Below, piece after piece: positions 1-13,026 of a stretch of 64,000 nt of DNA. Location: the NCBI GenBank assembly GCA_002269645.1, contig NIVC01000852.1, forward strand, positions 82,600 through 146,599, in the 5' to 3' direction. The DNA comes from Macrostomum lignano. Taxonomy: Eukaryota. Numbering within the stretch: position 1 is the stretch's first letter; the number at the start of each line of letters is the position of its first letter. Made by a program: the position numbers and the translations under genes. The notes beneath the pieces were generated by a model. That model saw only the letters and a list, made by a program, of their open reading frames with translations. It ran no database searches and had not been told where the DNA came from.

Positions 1-204
1 GGGGCAGGATAGGATTGCGATCCTGGCTTGGCGGGGGTCAGAGTGCAGTACTTCGACAAGTCCCTGGAGGAAGAGCTGAATGGGGAGAGGAGTTGGGACC
101 AGAGTTGATAAATGCAAACTGGTTGTGAAGCTCGCAAGTGGCTTCTTGTTCGGTTGATGTCAATTTTTTTTCAAACAAAAAATGCCTGTTGACGAGGGTT
201 TATC

Positions 205-1640
205 CAAAGTTCAAAGTTCAGGAAGCTGCACGGAAGAGAAGCGGAAATTGTCAAAGTTTCTGGAAGCTATCGGAAGAAGAGCGGAAGCTGTCAAAGTTTC
301 TGGAAGCTATCGGAAGAGTAGCGGAAGCTGTCAAATTTCTGGAAGCTATCGGAAGAAGAGCGGAAGCTGTCAAATTTCTGGAAGCTATCGGAAGAGAAGC
401 GGAAGCTGTCAAAGTTTCTGGAAGCTGCACGGAAGAGTAGCGGAAGCTGTCAAAGTTTCTGGAAGCTATCGGAAGAGAAGCGGAAGCTGTCAAATTTCTG
501 GAAGCTATCGGAAGAGAAGCGGAAGCTGTCAAAGTTTCTGGAAGCTATCGAAAGAGGAGTGGAAGCTGTCAAAGTTTCTGGAAGCTATCGGAAGAGAAGC
601 GGAAGCTGTCAAATTTCTGGAAGCTATCGGAAGAGTAGCGGAAGCTGTCAAATTTCTGGAAGCTATCGGAAGAGAAGCGGAAGCTGTCAAAGTTTCTGGA
701 AGCTGCACGGAAGAGAAGCGGAAATTGTCAAAGTTTCTGGAAGCTATCGGAAGAAGAGCGGAAGCTGTCAAAGTTTCTGGAAGCTATCGGAAGAGAAGCG
801 GAAGCTGTCAAAGTTTCTGGAAGCTATCGGAAGAGAAGCGGAAGCTGTCAAATTTCTGGAAGCTATCGGAAGAGAAGCGGAAGCTGTCAAAGTTTCTGGA
901 AGCTATCGGAAGAGTAGCGGAAGCTGTCAAATTTCTGGAAGCTATCGGAAGAAGAGCGGAAGCTGTCAAAGTTTCTGGAAGCTATCGGAAGAGAAGCGGA
1001 AGCTGTCAAAGTTTCTGGAAGCTGCACGGAAGAGTAGCGGAAGCTGTCAAAGTTTCTGGAAGCTATCGGAAGAGAAGCGGAAGCTGTCAAATTTCTGGAA
1101 GCTATCGGAAGAGAAGCGGAAGCTGTCAAAGTTTCTGGAAGCTGCACGGAAGAGTAGCGGAAGCTGTCAAAGTTTCTGGAAGCTATCGGAAGAGAAGCGG
1201 AAGCTGTCAAAGTTTCTGGAAGCTATCGGAAGAGAAGCGGAAGCTGTCAAAGTTTCTGGAAGCTATCGAAAGAGGAGCGGAAGCTGTCAAAGTTTCTGGA
1301 AGCTATCGGAAGAGAAGCGGAAGCTGTCAAAGTTTCTGGAAGCTATCAGAAGAGTAGCGGAAGCTGTCAAATTTCTGGAAGCTATCGGAAGAAGAGCGGA
1401 AGCTGTCAAAGTTTCTGGAAGCTATCGGAAGAGAAGCGGAAGCTGTCAAAGTTTCTGGAAGCTATCGGAAGAGAAGCGGAAGCTGTCAAAGTTTCTGGAA
1501 GCTATTGGAAGAGAAGCGGAAGCTGTCAAAGTTTCTGGAAGCTATAGGAAGAAGAGCGGAAGCTGTCAAAGTTTTTGAAACCATAGGAAGAGGAGTGGAA
1601 GCTTTCGAAGCTCAGAAAGCTTCATACAAAGGAGAGCGGA
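205..1640. repeat. 39/40-bp minisatellite (GGAAGCTGTCAAAGTTTCTGGAAGCTATCGGAAGAGAAGC), ~35 copies
   Basis: Direct tandem periodicity; accounts for the ORFs between 138 and 1578. Confidence 0.97.
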
Positions 1641-2254
1641 GCCTGGCAGACTTCAGGAAGATATACTTGGAAGAGTAGCGGAAGCTACTAAAGCTCAGGA
1701 AGCTGACCCTGTGACTCAGAGCTGCCACGCAGGCGTGACTCATTCGTAGCGCATTTCTGCAGCAACACAGCAAGCCGCGGTTTTGATTCGACTTTAAGGT
1801 TAGGGGGGTCAAAAGAACAAGCTGCTGTTTTCTACGTTTCTAACCTGGGATAGAAGAAGGTTCATAACCGTAAGATTTTTCTCGTTTTACTTTGCATCCA
1901 ACCGAAGGGTGGCGTTGCACAACCCGCTGCTATGAAGGGATAACGGAGCGGTGGGTTCGGCTGGGCTGGAAAGAAACCCGCCGCCGCACAGGGGGATCAG
2001 CCGCTTGCCAAATTGGGGGGGCAGGCGGCCGCAAATTGAACCTGCATGTTTTTTACAGCCCTCGGACCCGGAGGCTGCAGATGCAAAGATGCGTCTGGTC
2101 AGTGCACCGAGACTACGTTAATGCTGCAATGATCGGTGTGGCTTCTTTTGCTAGTATTATCCCTTATGTTAATTGATTAAAATTATTATTATGAAGTATA
2201 AGCAGCAATCACTTTCTGTTATTATTGGTACAACTCTTTTTATATTAGCATTCT

Positions 2255-2550
<296 letters not shown>

Positions 2551-3089
2551 CTATTCCACATTCCACCCTCCAGAAGATTCAATAAGCGAAGCATCGCAAA
2601 GTGCCAGCCACTCGCGTTAAAGTTGATGCGAAAGAAGCTGAGACTCCATTTTGCTACTCAGAGAATCAGGAGCCGCGGTGAGCAACAGCCACGGCCCAAG
2701 TTTGCGAGTTGGTTACAGAAATATCGATTGCGTAATCACTCTTTAGTTGAGCAGCCGCCGCCGCTCCGTTGACAGTGGCGGATGGGGTTGGAGTAGAAAA
2801 ATTGGGAAGAATGGAACCAAGGCGATGGGAGCAGTTACCTTGGGGGACGCATGAGGACACAAATGGGAAGAGAGCAGGAGCTCCAAACTCTAAGAGAAAT
2901 TTTCCTTCTCTTTTCTTCCTCGCCAATTTTTTGGCTTTTTACAACTCATAATCCTGATTATGTAATGCTTCTGGCGCAGTGCTGGGCCATGCTGGCTTAG
3001 AGATTGAGTTCTGCTCTCGGGATAATGGAGGGGGTGGTGGGGTAGACATCCGGGATTCCAGAATATGATGCTGGGTGAAGATTGAAACT

Positions 3090-3699
<610 letters not shown>

Positions 3700-4049
3700 A
3701 ACCAGCAATCCTGCTGAGACTCCGGGACGCAGAGGCAGCTCAGCGGATCAAGCCCTGACGATACCCCGACCGACCATGCAGGCAGTTTGCGCCAGGCCAC
3801 GCACAGAGAGCTGTGAGGCAGCACGGAGCCCCTGCCCTCAAATCTCTGTTTTAATCCGGCCGCCTTAGTAAAAAAATGATAAAAATTCTCTCTGAGGCCG
3901 GTTCGCTGCCGCTCCCCTCCGTTTCTCCAGTCTCTCGGGAGTGAATTCGAATCCAAATAGAGATTATTGTAGAGAAGTCGACAGGGAACTGAAATGATGG
4001 AGGGATTAACATGAAAAGAAAGAGGAATGGGAGCAGGACAAATAGTGGG

Positions 4050-4275
4050 GAGAACTCAGAAAGGGGAGAACTCAGAAAGAGGAGAACTCAAAAGGGGGAA
4101 CTCAGAACTCAGAAGGGGAGAACTCAGAAGGGGAGAACTCAGAAGGGGAGAACTCAGAAGGGGAGAACTCAGAAGGGGAGAACTCAGAAGGGGAGAACTC
4201 AGAAGGGGAGAACTCAGAAGGGGAGAACTCAGAAGGGGAGAAGGGGAGAACTCAGAAGGGGAGAACTCAGTAGGG
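4050..4275. repeat. 15-bp tandem repeat (AGAAGGGGAGAACTC)
   Basis: About 13 direct copies. Confidence 0.95.
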
Positions 4276-4883
4276 GGAGAGCACATGGAAACTACAGAAT
4301 GAAAAGTTATTATGCAATACAACACAGACGTGACTGCAAATCGATGGAACAGATATTTTCCTGACGGTTTTCTCAGAAACAGCCGTCAATCAATAATTTT
4401 CCTGCTATCCAGGAGGTTGGTCGCACCTGGATGCCCTAATTAATCAAAGAATGCTACAATCGGACAGATTAGAAGGATTATCAGTAACGGTTATGACATT
4501 TGTGCACCGATAGCATAAAACCGCAGTCGGGGGGGGGGAGGACTTGAAAGCCGACCCTATCAGCTACCCGGATGAGTCATTGCCGCAAATATCTGCGCCC
4601 CGACTGATGCCCCATCTTTCCTCCCCTGGCAAAACCTTTGATGGCGACCGATAGTCAGACAAGACAAGCCTATTCGTGCGTGCCCTCAGCTGGTGAAGAA
4701 TCCAACAGTTACAGAATCCAGTTTTTTAGGTCGTTACGAAGAACTGCGTTGGGAAGTCCGCAAAATGACCAATCAGAAAGGGTATGGATAGGGTCGCAAC
4801 TAATCCGTAGCATAAAGGCGACTTTTTGATTGTTTATTCCTTTAAGTTTAGTTTAAGTTTAAAACTTTAGTTTAGGATTTGTA

Positions 4884-5062
4884 GGACGGCTGTGCGTCCA
4901 GTGCTCTGGCACGGCACTCTTACATGCCAGCGGCCCAGGCTCGATTCCAAGTGCAGTCACATTAATTTTGGGCTGAATTGGAATCTCGGCTTGGCTCTGC
5001 TCGTGCAATTAACGCCCTTGGGGGCCAACCCCCAAGGCGCAGTGAAGTGTACATGCCTAACA
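4884..5062 (+). mobile_element. tRNA-derived SINE, family B
   Basis: Contains a B-box-like GGCTCGATTCC. The body matches the reverse complement of 61365-61555 (CAGCGGCCCAGGCTCGATTCCAAGTGCAGTCACATTAAT...GTGAAGTGTACATGCCTA). Confidence 0.8.
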
Positions 5063-6010
5063 ATCTAGGTCATTCGATTTCTAGATCACTCGATTTCTAG
5101 GTCACTCGATTTCTAGATCACTCGATTTCTAAATCATTCGATTTCTAGATCACTCGATTTCTAGATCATTCGATTTCTAGGTCACTCGATTTCTAGATTA
5201 CTCGATTTCTAGATTACTTGATTTCTAGATTACTTGATTTCTAGATTACTTGATTTCTAGATTACTTAATTTCTAGATTACTTGATTTCTAGATTACTTG
5301 ATTTCTAGGTCACTCGATTTCTAGATTGCTCGATTTCTAGATTACTTGATTTCTAGATTACTTGATTTCTAGATTACTTGATTTCTAGATTACTTAATTT
5401 CTAGATTACTCGATTTCTAGATCACTCGATTTCCAGATCTCTCGATTTCTAGGTCACTCGATTTCTAGGTCACTCGATTTCTAGGTCACTCGATTTCTAA
5501 GGTCACTCGATTTCTAGGTCACTCGATTTCTAGATTACTTTATTTCTAGATCATTCGATTTTTGGATCACTCGATTTCTAGATCACTCGATTTCTAGATC
5601 ATTCGATTTCTAAAGCATTCGATTTCTAGATCACTCGATTTCTAGATCACTCGATTTCTAGATCACTCGATTTCTAGATCATTCGATTTCTAAAGCATTC
5701 GATTTCTAGATCATTCGATTTCTAAAGCATTCGATTTCTAGATCACTCGATTTCTAGATCACTCGATTTCTAGGTCACTCGATTTCTAGGTCAATCGATC
5801 TCTAGATTACTTGATTTCTAGATTACTTGATTTCTAGATTACTTAATTTCTAGATTACTCGATTTCTAGATTACTCGATTTCTAGATCACTCGATTTCCA
5901 GATCACTCGATTTCTAGGTCTCTCGATTTCTAGGTCACTCGATTTCTAGGTCACTCGATTTCTAGGTCACTCAATTTCTAGATCACTCAATTTCTAGATC
6001 ACTCGATTCA
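5063..6010. repeat. 16-bp minisatellite (CTAGATCACTCGATTT), ~58 copies
   Basis: Period of 16 (CTAG at 5081 and 5097); starts immediately after the SINE-B tail. Confidence 0.96.
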
Positions 6011-6472
6011 CAGATAACTCTTCTGGCGCAGGTTTCAGACGCCATCTTCTAGGCGCCAGAAAATGAAAGCCAGACGGTGGAAACATAAACATGCCAAAAA
6101 AAATTTGCTCCTCGGTTAATTTAAAAGTCTAAGACTCCATAAAAATTTCGAATACCAAAATTTCTAACTACCAACACTTTTTGCGCAGCGACTGCTTTCG
6201 TATCTTTGAACTTGAAATCGAAATGGAGTCGGGAATAAGCGCATTTCCTCCCTTCTCCCTCCCATCGAAGTCTAAATACCTTGCAGCTTTATCTGCGGAC
6301 TTACCTGGCGGAATTTGGAGAGTATCCGACAGTTCAAGTGGGAAGAGGGGAACAGGAAAGGGATGGCCGAAGTTAGGCTGAGAGGCCAGATACATTTAGT
6401 CGCAATGGCCGATGGACCACGGAGCACTGAAATGAAAGTGTCTGGTTAGGAAACTCCCTTACGATTCTTGAG

Positions 6473-7870
6473 TTCTACTCATTCTACTCATTCTACTCAT
6501 TCTACTCATTCTACTCATTCTACTACTCATTCTACTCATTCTACTCATTCTACCATTCTACTCATTCTACTCATTCTACTCACTCTACTCATTCTACTCA
6601 TTCTACTCATTCTACTCATTCTACTCATTCTACTCATTCTACTCATTCTACTCATTCTACTCATTCTACTCATTCTACTCATTCTACTCATTCTACTCAT
6701 TCTACTCATTCTACTCATTCTACTCATTCTACTCATTCTACTCACTCTACTCACTCTACTCATTCTACTCATTCTACTCACTCTACTCATTCTACTCATT
6801 CTACTCATTCTACTCATTCTACTCATTCTACTCATTCTACTCATTCTACTCATTCTACTCATTCTACTCATTCTACCATTCTACTCATTCTGACCCATTC
6901 TACCCATTCTTCTCATTCTACTCATTCTACCATTCTACTCATTCTACTCATTCTACTCATTCTACTCATTCTACTCATTCTACTCATTCTACTCATTCTA
7001 CTCATTCTACCCATTCTTCTCATTCTACTCATTCTACTCATTCTGTTCATTCTACTCATTCTACTCATTCTACTCATTCTACTCATTCTACTCATTCTAC
7101 TCATTCTACTCATTCTACTCATTCTACTCATTCTACTCATTCTACTCATTCTACTCACTCTACTCATTCTACTCATTCTACTCATTCTACTCATTCTACT
7201 CATTCTACTCATTCTACTCATTCTACTCATTCTACTCATTCTACTCATTCTACTCATTCTACTCATTCTACTCATTCTACTCATTCTACTCATTCTACTC
7301 ATTCTACTCATTCTGACTCATTTTACTCATTCTACTCACTCTACTCATTCTACTCATTCTACTCACTCTACTCACTCTACTCATTCTACTCATTCTACTC
7401 ACTCTACTCATTCTACTCATTCTACTCATTCTGACCCATTCTACCCATTCTTCTCATTCTACTCATTCTACTCATTCTACTCATTCTACTTACTCTACTC
7501 ATTCTACTCATTCTACTCATTCTGACCCATTCTACCCATTCTTCTCATTCTACTCATTCTGACCCATTCTACCCATTCTACTCATTCTACTCATTCTACT
7601 CATTCTACTCATTCTACTCATTCTACTCATTCTACTCATTCTACCCATTCTTCTCATTCTACTCATTCTACTCATTCTGCTCATTCTACCCATTCTACTC
7701 ATTCTACTCATTCTACTCATTCTACTCATTCTACTCATTCTACTCATTCTACTCATTCTACTCATTCTACTCATTCTACTCATTCTACCCATTCTTCTCA
7801 TTCTACTCATTCTACTCATTCTACTCATTCTACTCATTCTACTCATTCTACTCATTCTACTCATTCTACC
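6473..7870. repeat. 9-bp tandem repeat (TTCTACTCA)n
   Basis: Source of the (MSR)n and (ILL)n ORFs. Confidence 0.97.
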
Positions 7871-8344
7871 AGGGCATCCAAGCTTCTCTCATTGGGGTCG
7901 GGCAGAAGTCGCACTCCAAACCAGACAGCATCTATCTAGAATTCCATGGCAAGCAATAATTCGGCGGCGTGGCGTTGGGGGTCAAAAAACACTGAGGGTG
8001 GGACAAGGCGGGGGCAGAGTGAGGGAGGGGAGGGGCTGCCTGTAGCCGTAAAACCCTGCCAGCCTCGTCCAGAGACACAGCGAATGCGCCGCGCAACCCC
8101 CCCCCTCTTTTAGGCTCGGAATTTCAGCTGAAAGCAACGCGAGAGACAGACAGCCGACTTAGTGCGGCTCGAATGCAACATTGGGAGGCATGCATGCAGG
8201 GGGAGGCAGGACTGGGCCGCGATTACAGCTTTTTTATATGCTGATTCCCGAATTGGGATATAATCTGTCCATTCAGCCGCTCTTTAGTAGAACATGTGCA
8301 CTTGAAATTGCACAATTATTATTAAATGAGAAATTCTTGCTCTC

Positions 8345-8650
8345 AATCTAGCCAACATCATTGATGAAGGAATAGAATGGATAGCTAATCTAGCCAACAT
8401 CATGAATGATGAAGGAATAGAATGGATAGCTAATCTAGCCAACATCATGAATGCAGGAAGGAATAGAATGGATTGCTAATCTAGCCAACATCATGAATGC
8501 ATGAAGGAATAGAATGGATTGATAATCTAGCCAACATCATGAATGCAGGAAGGAATAGAATGGATTGCTAATCTAGCCAACATCATGAATGCAGGAAGGA
8601 ATAGAATGGATTGCTAATCTAGCCAACATCATGGATGAAGGAATAGATTG
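8345..8650. repeat. ~46-bp minisatellite, 7 copies
   Basis: AATCTAGCCAACATCA recurs at 8345, 8387, 8432, 8478, 8524, 8570 and 8616. Confidence 0.92.
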
Positions 8651-9317
8651 CTTGGATTTTACTGAGGTCAAGAGTTTATTCTATTATTTTTTGTATATAG
8701 ATATTTTATTTCAACTTCAGACTTCAAAACAGCCCTGCAGTCTCACTCCGCTTGAGAGCAAGTGCACTTTATATAATCGAGTTTCCCCTCCCCAAAATGG
8801 CCTGACTTGGCTGCATTCCAAAAAAGCGACCAAACAAGACTGCCACCCCGAAGTGCCGAGCAGGAGACGCGGCGAAGCTGGTCGAATTTTATCGGCAAAA
8901 GCAACAGGCAGATGCAGTGAGCGGAATTGGTGGGGAGATGCACAGGACACAGTCATGCAGTAGCTCGAACAGATGCGTCTCACAGAGCGTGCAGCCACAC
9001 CATATCATAGTGCTGGCCTATAATTCATTCATCGAGCAGAGAGCGTATCGAATACCATTCTAGCAGTTTATGTACTTTTGTGCTCGTAAACGACTGCATC
9101 TGTCGCTTGACTTCGGATTAAAAACTGTTTGCTCAAGCCTGGTGCTTGATAAGAGAGAGGCTTTTTATGGCTAAATTGATGGTTCGAATGCCCTATTTAT
9201 TTTCTTGCAGACTTTAATTTATTATTTATCAACCCCTGCTGCTTCAACAGCTTTAAAAGCTTAAGTACTTTTTATAATTTTGCTACTAATACAAATTACG
9301 CCCGTAGAATTATGGTT

Positions 9318-9578
9318 TGTAGCCTAGTGGTTAGAGTGTCGGACTTACGACTGAAAGGTCGGGGGTTCGATTCTCGACCCACACTCGGAACAATCTGTGT
9401 CCTTGAGCAAGACACTTAACTCTGCTTTGCTTCAGTTCACCCAGCTGTAAAATGGATGCCAGCATTAGCTGGGGTAACTGAGGCTGAGTGTGGGGATCCC
9501 CCAGTCGACCCCCCAATAGCTGCGGCTGAGCTGTCGGTTGCACATTATTAACATTAATATTATTATTATTATTAGGTC

Positions 9579-9615
<37 letters not shown>

Positions 9616-9627
9616 CATTATTATTAC
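9318..9627 (+). mobile_element. tRNA/CORE-type SINE (family A), internally shortened copy with (ATT)n tail
   Basis: A box TAGCCTAGTGG, B box GGTTCGATTC, then CCTTGAGCAAGACACTTAACTC...CAGCTGTAAAATGG; (ATT)n tail. Confidence 0.88.
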
Positions 9628-10251
9628 TAATACACCAGCAAGCGGAGCATGGGAGGAGGCTTTCTAGGTAACTGGGGCCTGGCAGCAATCTTTCAATGCA
9701 CACAACTGGCCACTGGTTTAGAAAAAATGAATGTACATGCAGGCTAGGCGAGACAGAGAATTTTAGTTAGGCTTCTGACCCGGGAATGTACACACAGGGG
9801 CTAGAAATCAATTGAATGTACATGAAGGAGGGATAGGGAATTTCTTTAAAGCTGACCTTGAGCTGTGCACGCGCTAGATGCGTGATTTTAACTCTATTGA
9901 ATGAACAGGGATAATATAGTCAATGCTGCCAGCTACGAGTACTCAGGCACAAAAGCTGTGTTCAGCTTGAAGTTATAAAAACTACATTTGTATTAGAGGT
10001 ATCAATCCAAGCACTTGTCATGCGGTAATTTTTCATTTGGCTGATTAGAGACTGTTAAGCTCTCAAAACGGCAGGCATCTACCTGGCCAATTAGTTTGCG
10101 AAGCATTATAACAAATACTCACGTGCCAAGTTGCGTAATTGGGTGGCTAAAATAGCAACAGAAAGAAGGGAGCACGCGGCATGGGTAAAATATGAAGACA
10201 AAGCTTTCGTATTGAATCAGTTTGGCTGCTAATTAATATTTTCTGTCTCAC

Positions 10252-11873
10252 CTGTGTAGTGACGTATCCATAGCTCGTCGCCCCGGCTGCCCACCTGCCA
10301 GGACTGCCGTCGACCACGTCGCCGCCGAAGTTACCGACGCCTCGGTGACAAGGTCGCTGCTGCGACGCGACGCCTGACTCTGTTGCCAGATCGCGAAAGC
10401 TGGCCTGCCGGCCGGGCGTCCAGCAGCCGGCGTCCGAGCCGCGGCGGGCGCAGCCGCCTTTCGGCGAGAAAGTCGCGCCTGGCAGTTGCTGAAGCTGGTG
10501 CTGATGCTGGAGCTGGTAGCGCTGCTGGTGCTGCTGCGGGCACGCCGAAATGAAGTATGCGAGCAAACTACGCTCGTAGGTCAAAAGACATGCATGAGAA
10601 ACCAGGAAAAACATTTTCACATGTACAAGCATCAGAAATTTGCCGGGACAAGTTTGAACAAATTTGGTGCGCAAAAAGCATCCAAATGATGAGAAGCAGG
10701 CTAATTACTCACTCTGCCCACCCCACCCGTCCGCGTGCAATCTCGACTTTAATGACATCGCATCTAAATCGTTCTTATCCATGCGCACTTTTGGGAATTA
10801 GTTTTGGTATACGAAGCCGCAGTGTGGCTTGCATTTTTGAGCTAAATTAGTTTTGGCGGTTTTGAGGTCAACAGTTAACGGAATTGAGGCTCGTTCCAAG
10901 GCAAAGAAACTAAAAGAAACTTACTCTTTTGACCGAATAAAGGGTTACTGGGCAGTAGGATTTATAGTAGTTGCTAATCGACCGCTACCTAGTTTGAATG
11001 TCACTACAAAGTACAAACACTAAGCTTAGTCCGAACTATATGATATACATTTAAGATTCGAAAATCGTGGTGCATTATAAAGTCCAGCTATATTCTGCCT
11101 AAGTTTTACTTGTAAGCTTTGGTAGTTTATTACTAGCACAGTGTTGTATATGTCGGCTTCTTTAGCTGTTATTTTCTACTAAGTTGATGTGAATGCTTTG
11201 CAATACGTTCAGACAATCTTAAGGCAAAGCTAATCACCTGCACCCTAGCGAGAGGAATGATGTCAGCATATGGTGGCCGTTGCCACATTGTTGCTCCGCT
11301 CATGTAGTTGTAGTAATACGGTCGTCCTGTTGCACTATCGTGAAACTCCCACCACTGGTTGCTGTTGAGTGGCTTTATTCGGCTGCCGTCGGGCGGCAAC
11401 CTGACGCAATCACCTGTCTCCAAGTTTACGTACATAGCCGTACCGGTGCGCGGATCACAGATCTCCACCCAGTCGTAACTGTAAGTTCATAAATTATCAA
11501 AAGCAGTAAGTAGAAAAAAGTATAAGGAAGGAGAAATTTAATAATAATAATAAAACAAAGAATATTAGATATGAGCAAAAACATGGACAACTGAAACAGA
11601 TTGATGATAAATCGGTTTTCTTAGAAATAAGCGGGAGGCCGGTAAGCTACGTATATTTGTCGGATCACCAGTGCACTTACGTCGCCAATTGATAGACAAA
11701 TTCTGTCCAGAAAAATAAAAATATTGAAAGCATTGCTAGCAATGCGAAAAATACGCGTTCCTTACTGACCTTCAAGCTAATTTTTAAGAAAATCGAGTAT
11801 TGCATCATTCTAATTCAGTTGTCAATGAGCAAGAAATCGAGAATGTCTCTACTTACACTGGACGCTGGTTCAT
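10252..11873 (-). CDS. ARHGAP39: Rho GTPase-activating protein 39 / Vilse-like, 5' portion (tandem WW domains); exons 11873-11857, 11478-11238, 10533-10252
   Basis: Exon 2 reads DWVEICDPRTGTAMYVNLETGDC...NQWWEFHDSATGRPYYYN...TMWQRPPYADIIPLARVQ, matching the ARHGAP39 N-terminus as recalled (EWVEIIEPRT...NQWWELFD...DIIPLAKLQ). A 17-nt first coding exon (MNQRP, GTAAGT donor) is phase-compatible. The MyTH4/RhoGAP exons were not found in the window. Confidence 0.82.
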
Positions 11874-13026
11874 TTTCACGTTTAGAGACAATCTGAGCGC
11901 ATTTAATGTCAGAAAAGATCAGAAGAAAGTTGCATTTACTGTTTTGACAAAATGTTAGTAAGGGTTAAAAAATATAAGGTATGCGGTCTACACACGCACG
12001 AGCCGCACAAGACACTACCACTATTCAACATTTGTTTAACTGTCGTATTTTAAATTCGTGGTGATTGTATTTTCGAAATGAAAAAAACAAATACGTAACT
12101 TAAATTCGTTATTATCTAGTTATTGCTGCACATATATACTCTAAGTAAGAATAAAATTAATTTCGATTTTACTTTAAAATATTTACTTAATACTCATTGG
12201 TGACTACAAAATTGGCATTTTTTCAACTTCGTGAATTCAAGCCATTTTTATTCAATGTGTTAATTATAGTCGTGAAAAAATGATGGAAGTTTTTAGGCGT
12301 GCGTAACCTGACTTGATTCACTCAGCTTTTGCGAACTCGAAATTTCTGATCGATATATGTATCTTGAAAAATGGAGAATAATTTAAAATATACTATGCAG
12401 AATTTGATATATTTGTGATTAAACTATACTATTTTCGACAGGCTAAATCAAAATGGAACTTTAAGATAATATTTCTTTCTATTGAAACGATTGTCTCCAT
12501 CTCAATGCTGTCACATTTGCTATGATAATTAATTTATGGAAAAAATCTAATTATTTATAAGAATAACAACTCCAGGAGTTCACCCATCACATTAAAGATA
12601 TTCTATTTGGAAATTGGATTTTGTCAAATACATGTAACATGTATGCTAAACAGCTGCACTGTTTTAGTACTCCTTTTTGCAAAGTTTAAATTGTTAATTT
12701 TTGGTTTTATTTTAAGCATATTTTCCAGGTTTTTCAAAACTCTATGTTGAACTTTATTTGAAATTGAATAAGGAAATTTTATTTAATATTTTTAAATTTG
12801 CATTTGTTAAGTATATATTTGGTTTTTTTCTAATGAGAAAAAAATCATAAAAGTTGCTTTGCATAGGCTTTTAAATCTAGAACGTTATTTAGGTTTGTAG
12901 CCTTTTTAAATTATGTTCGTAGAAAAATAAGATAGCGAATTTTAATTATAGTTTAACCTTGGCATTTTTTCATTCTTAATGCACCTGCGCCTGCCACAGT
13001 GTGGGCAGCAGATCGGCAGTTCAACT

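Noticed and set aside
138-1578. 391-aa and 339-aa repetitive ORFs
   Set aside because: Translations of a 39/40-bp minisatellite; open in several frames and on both strands, with no unique domain.
8589-8998. ORFs considered as further ARHGAP39 exons or a LINE fragment
   Set aside because: No MyTH4/RhoGAP motifs; only a weak KCTLYN..P...G..W resemblance to LINE ORF2.
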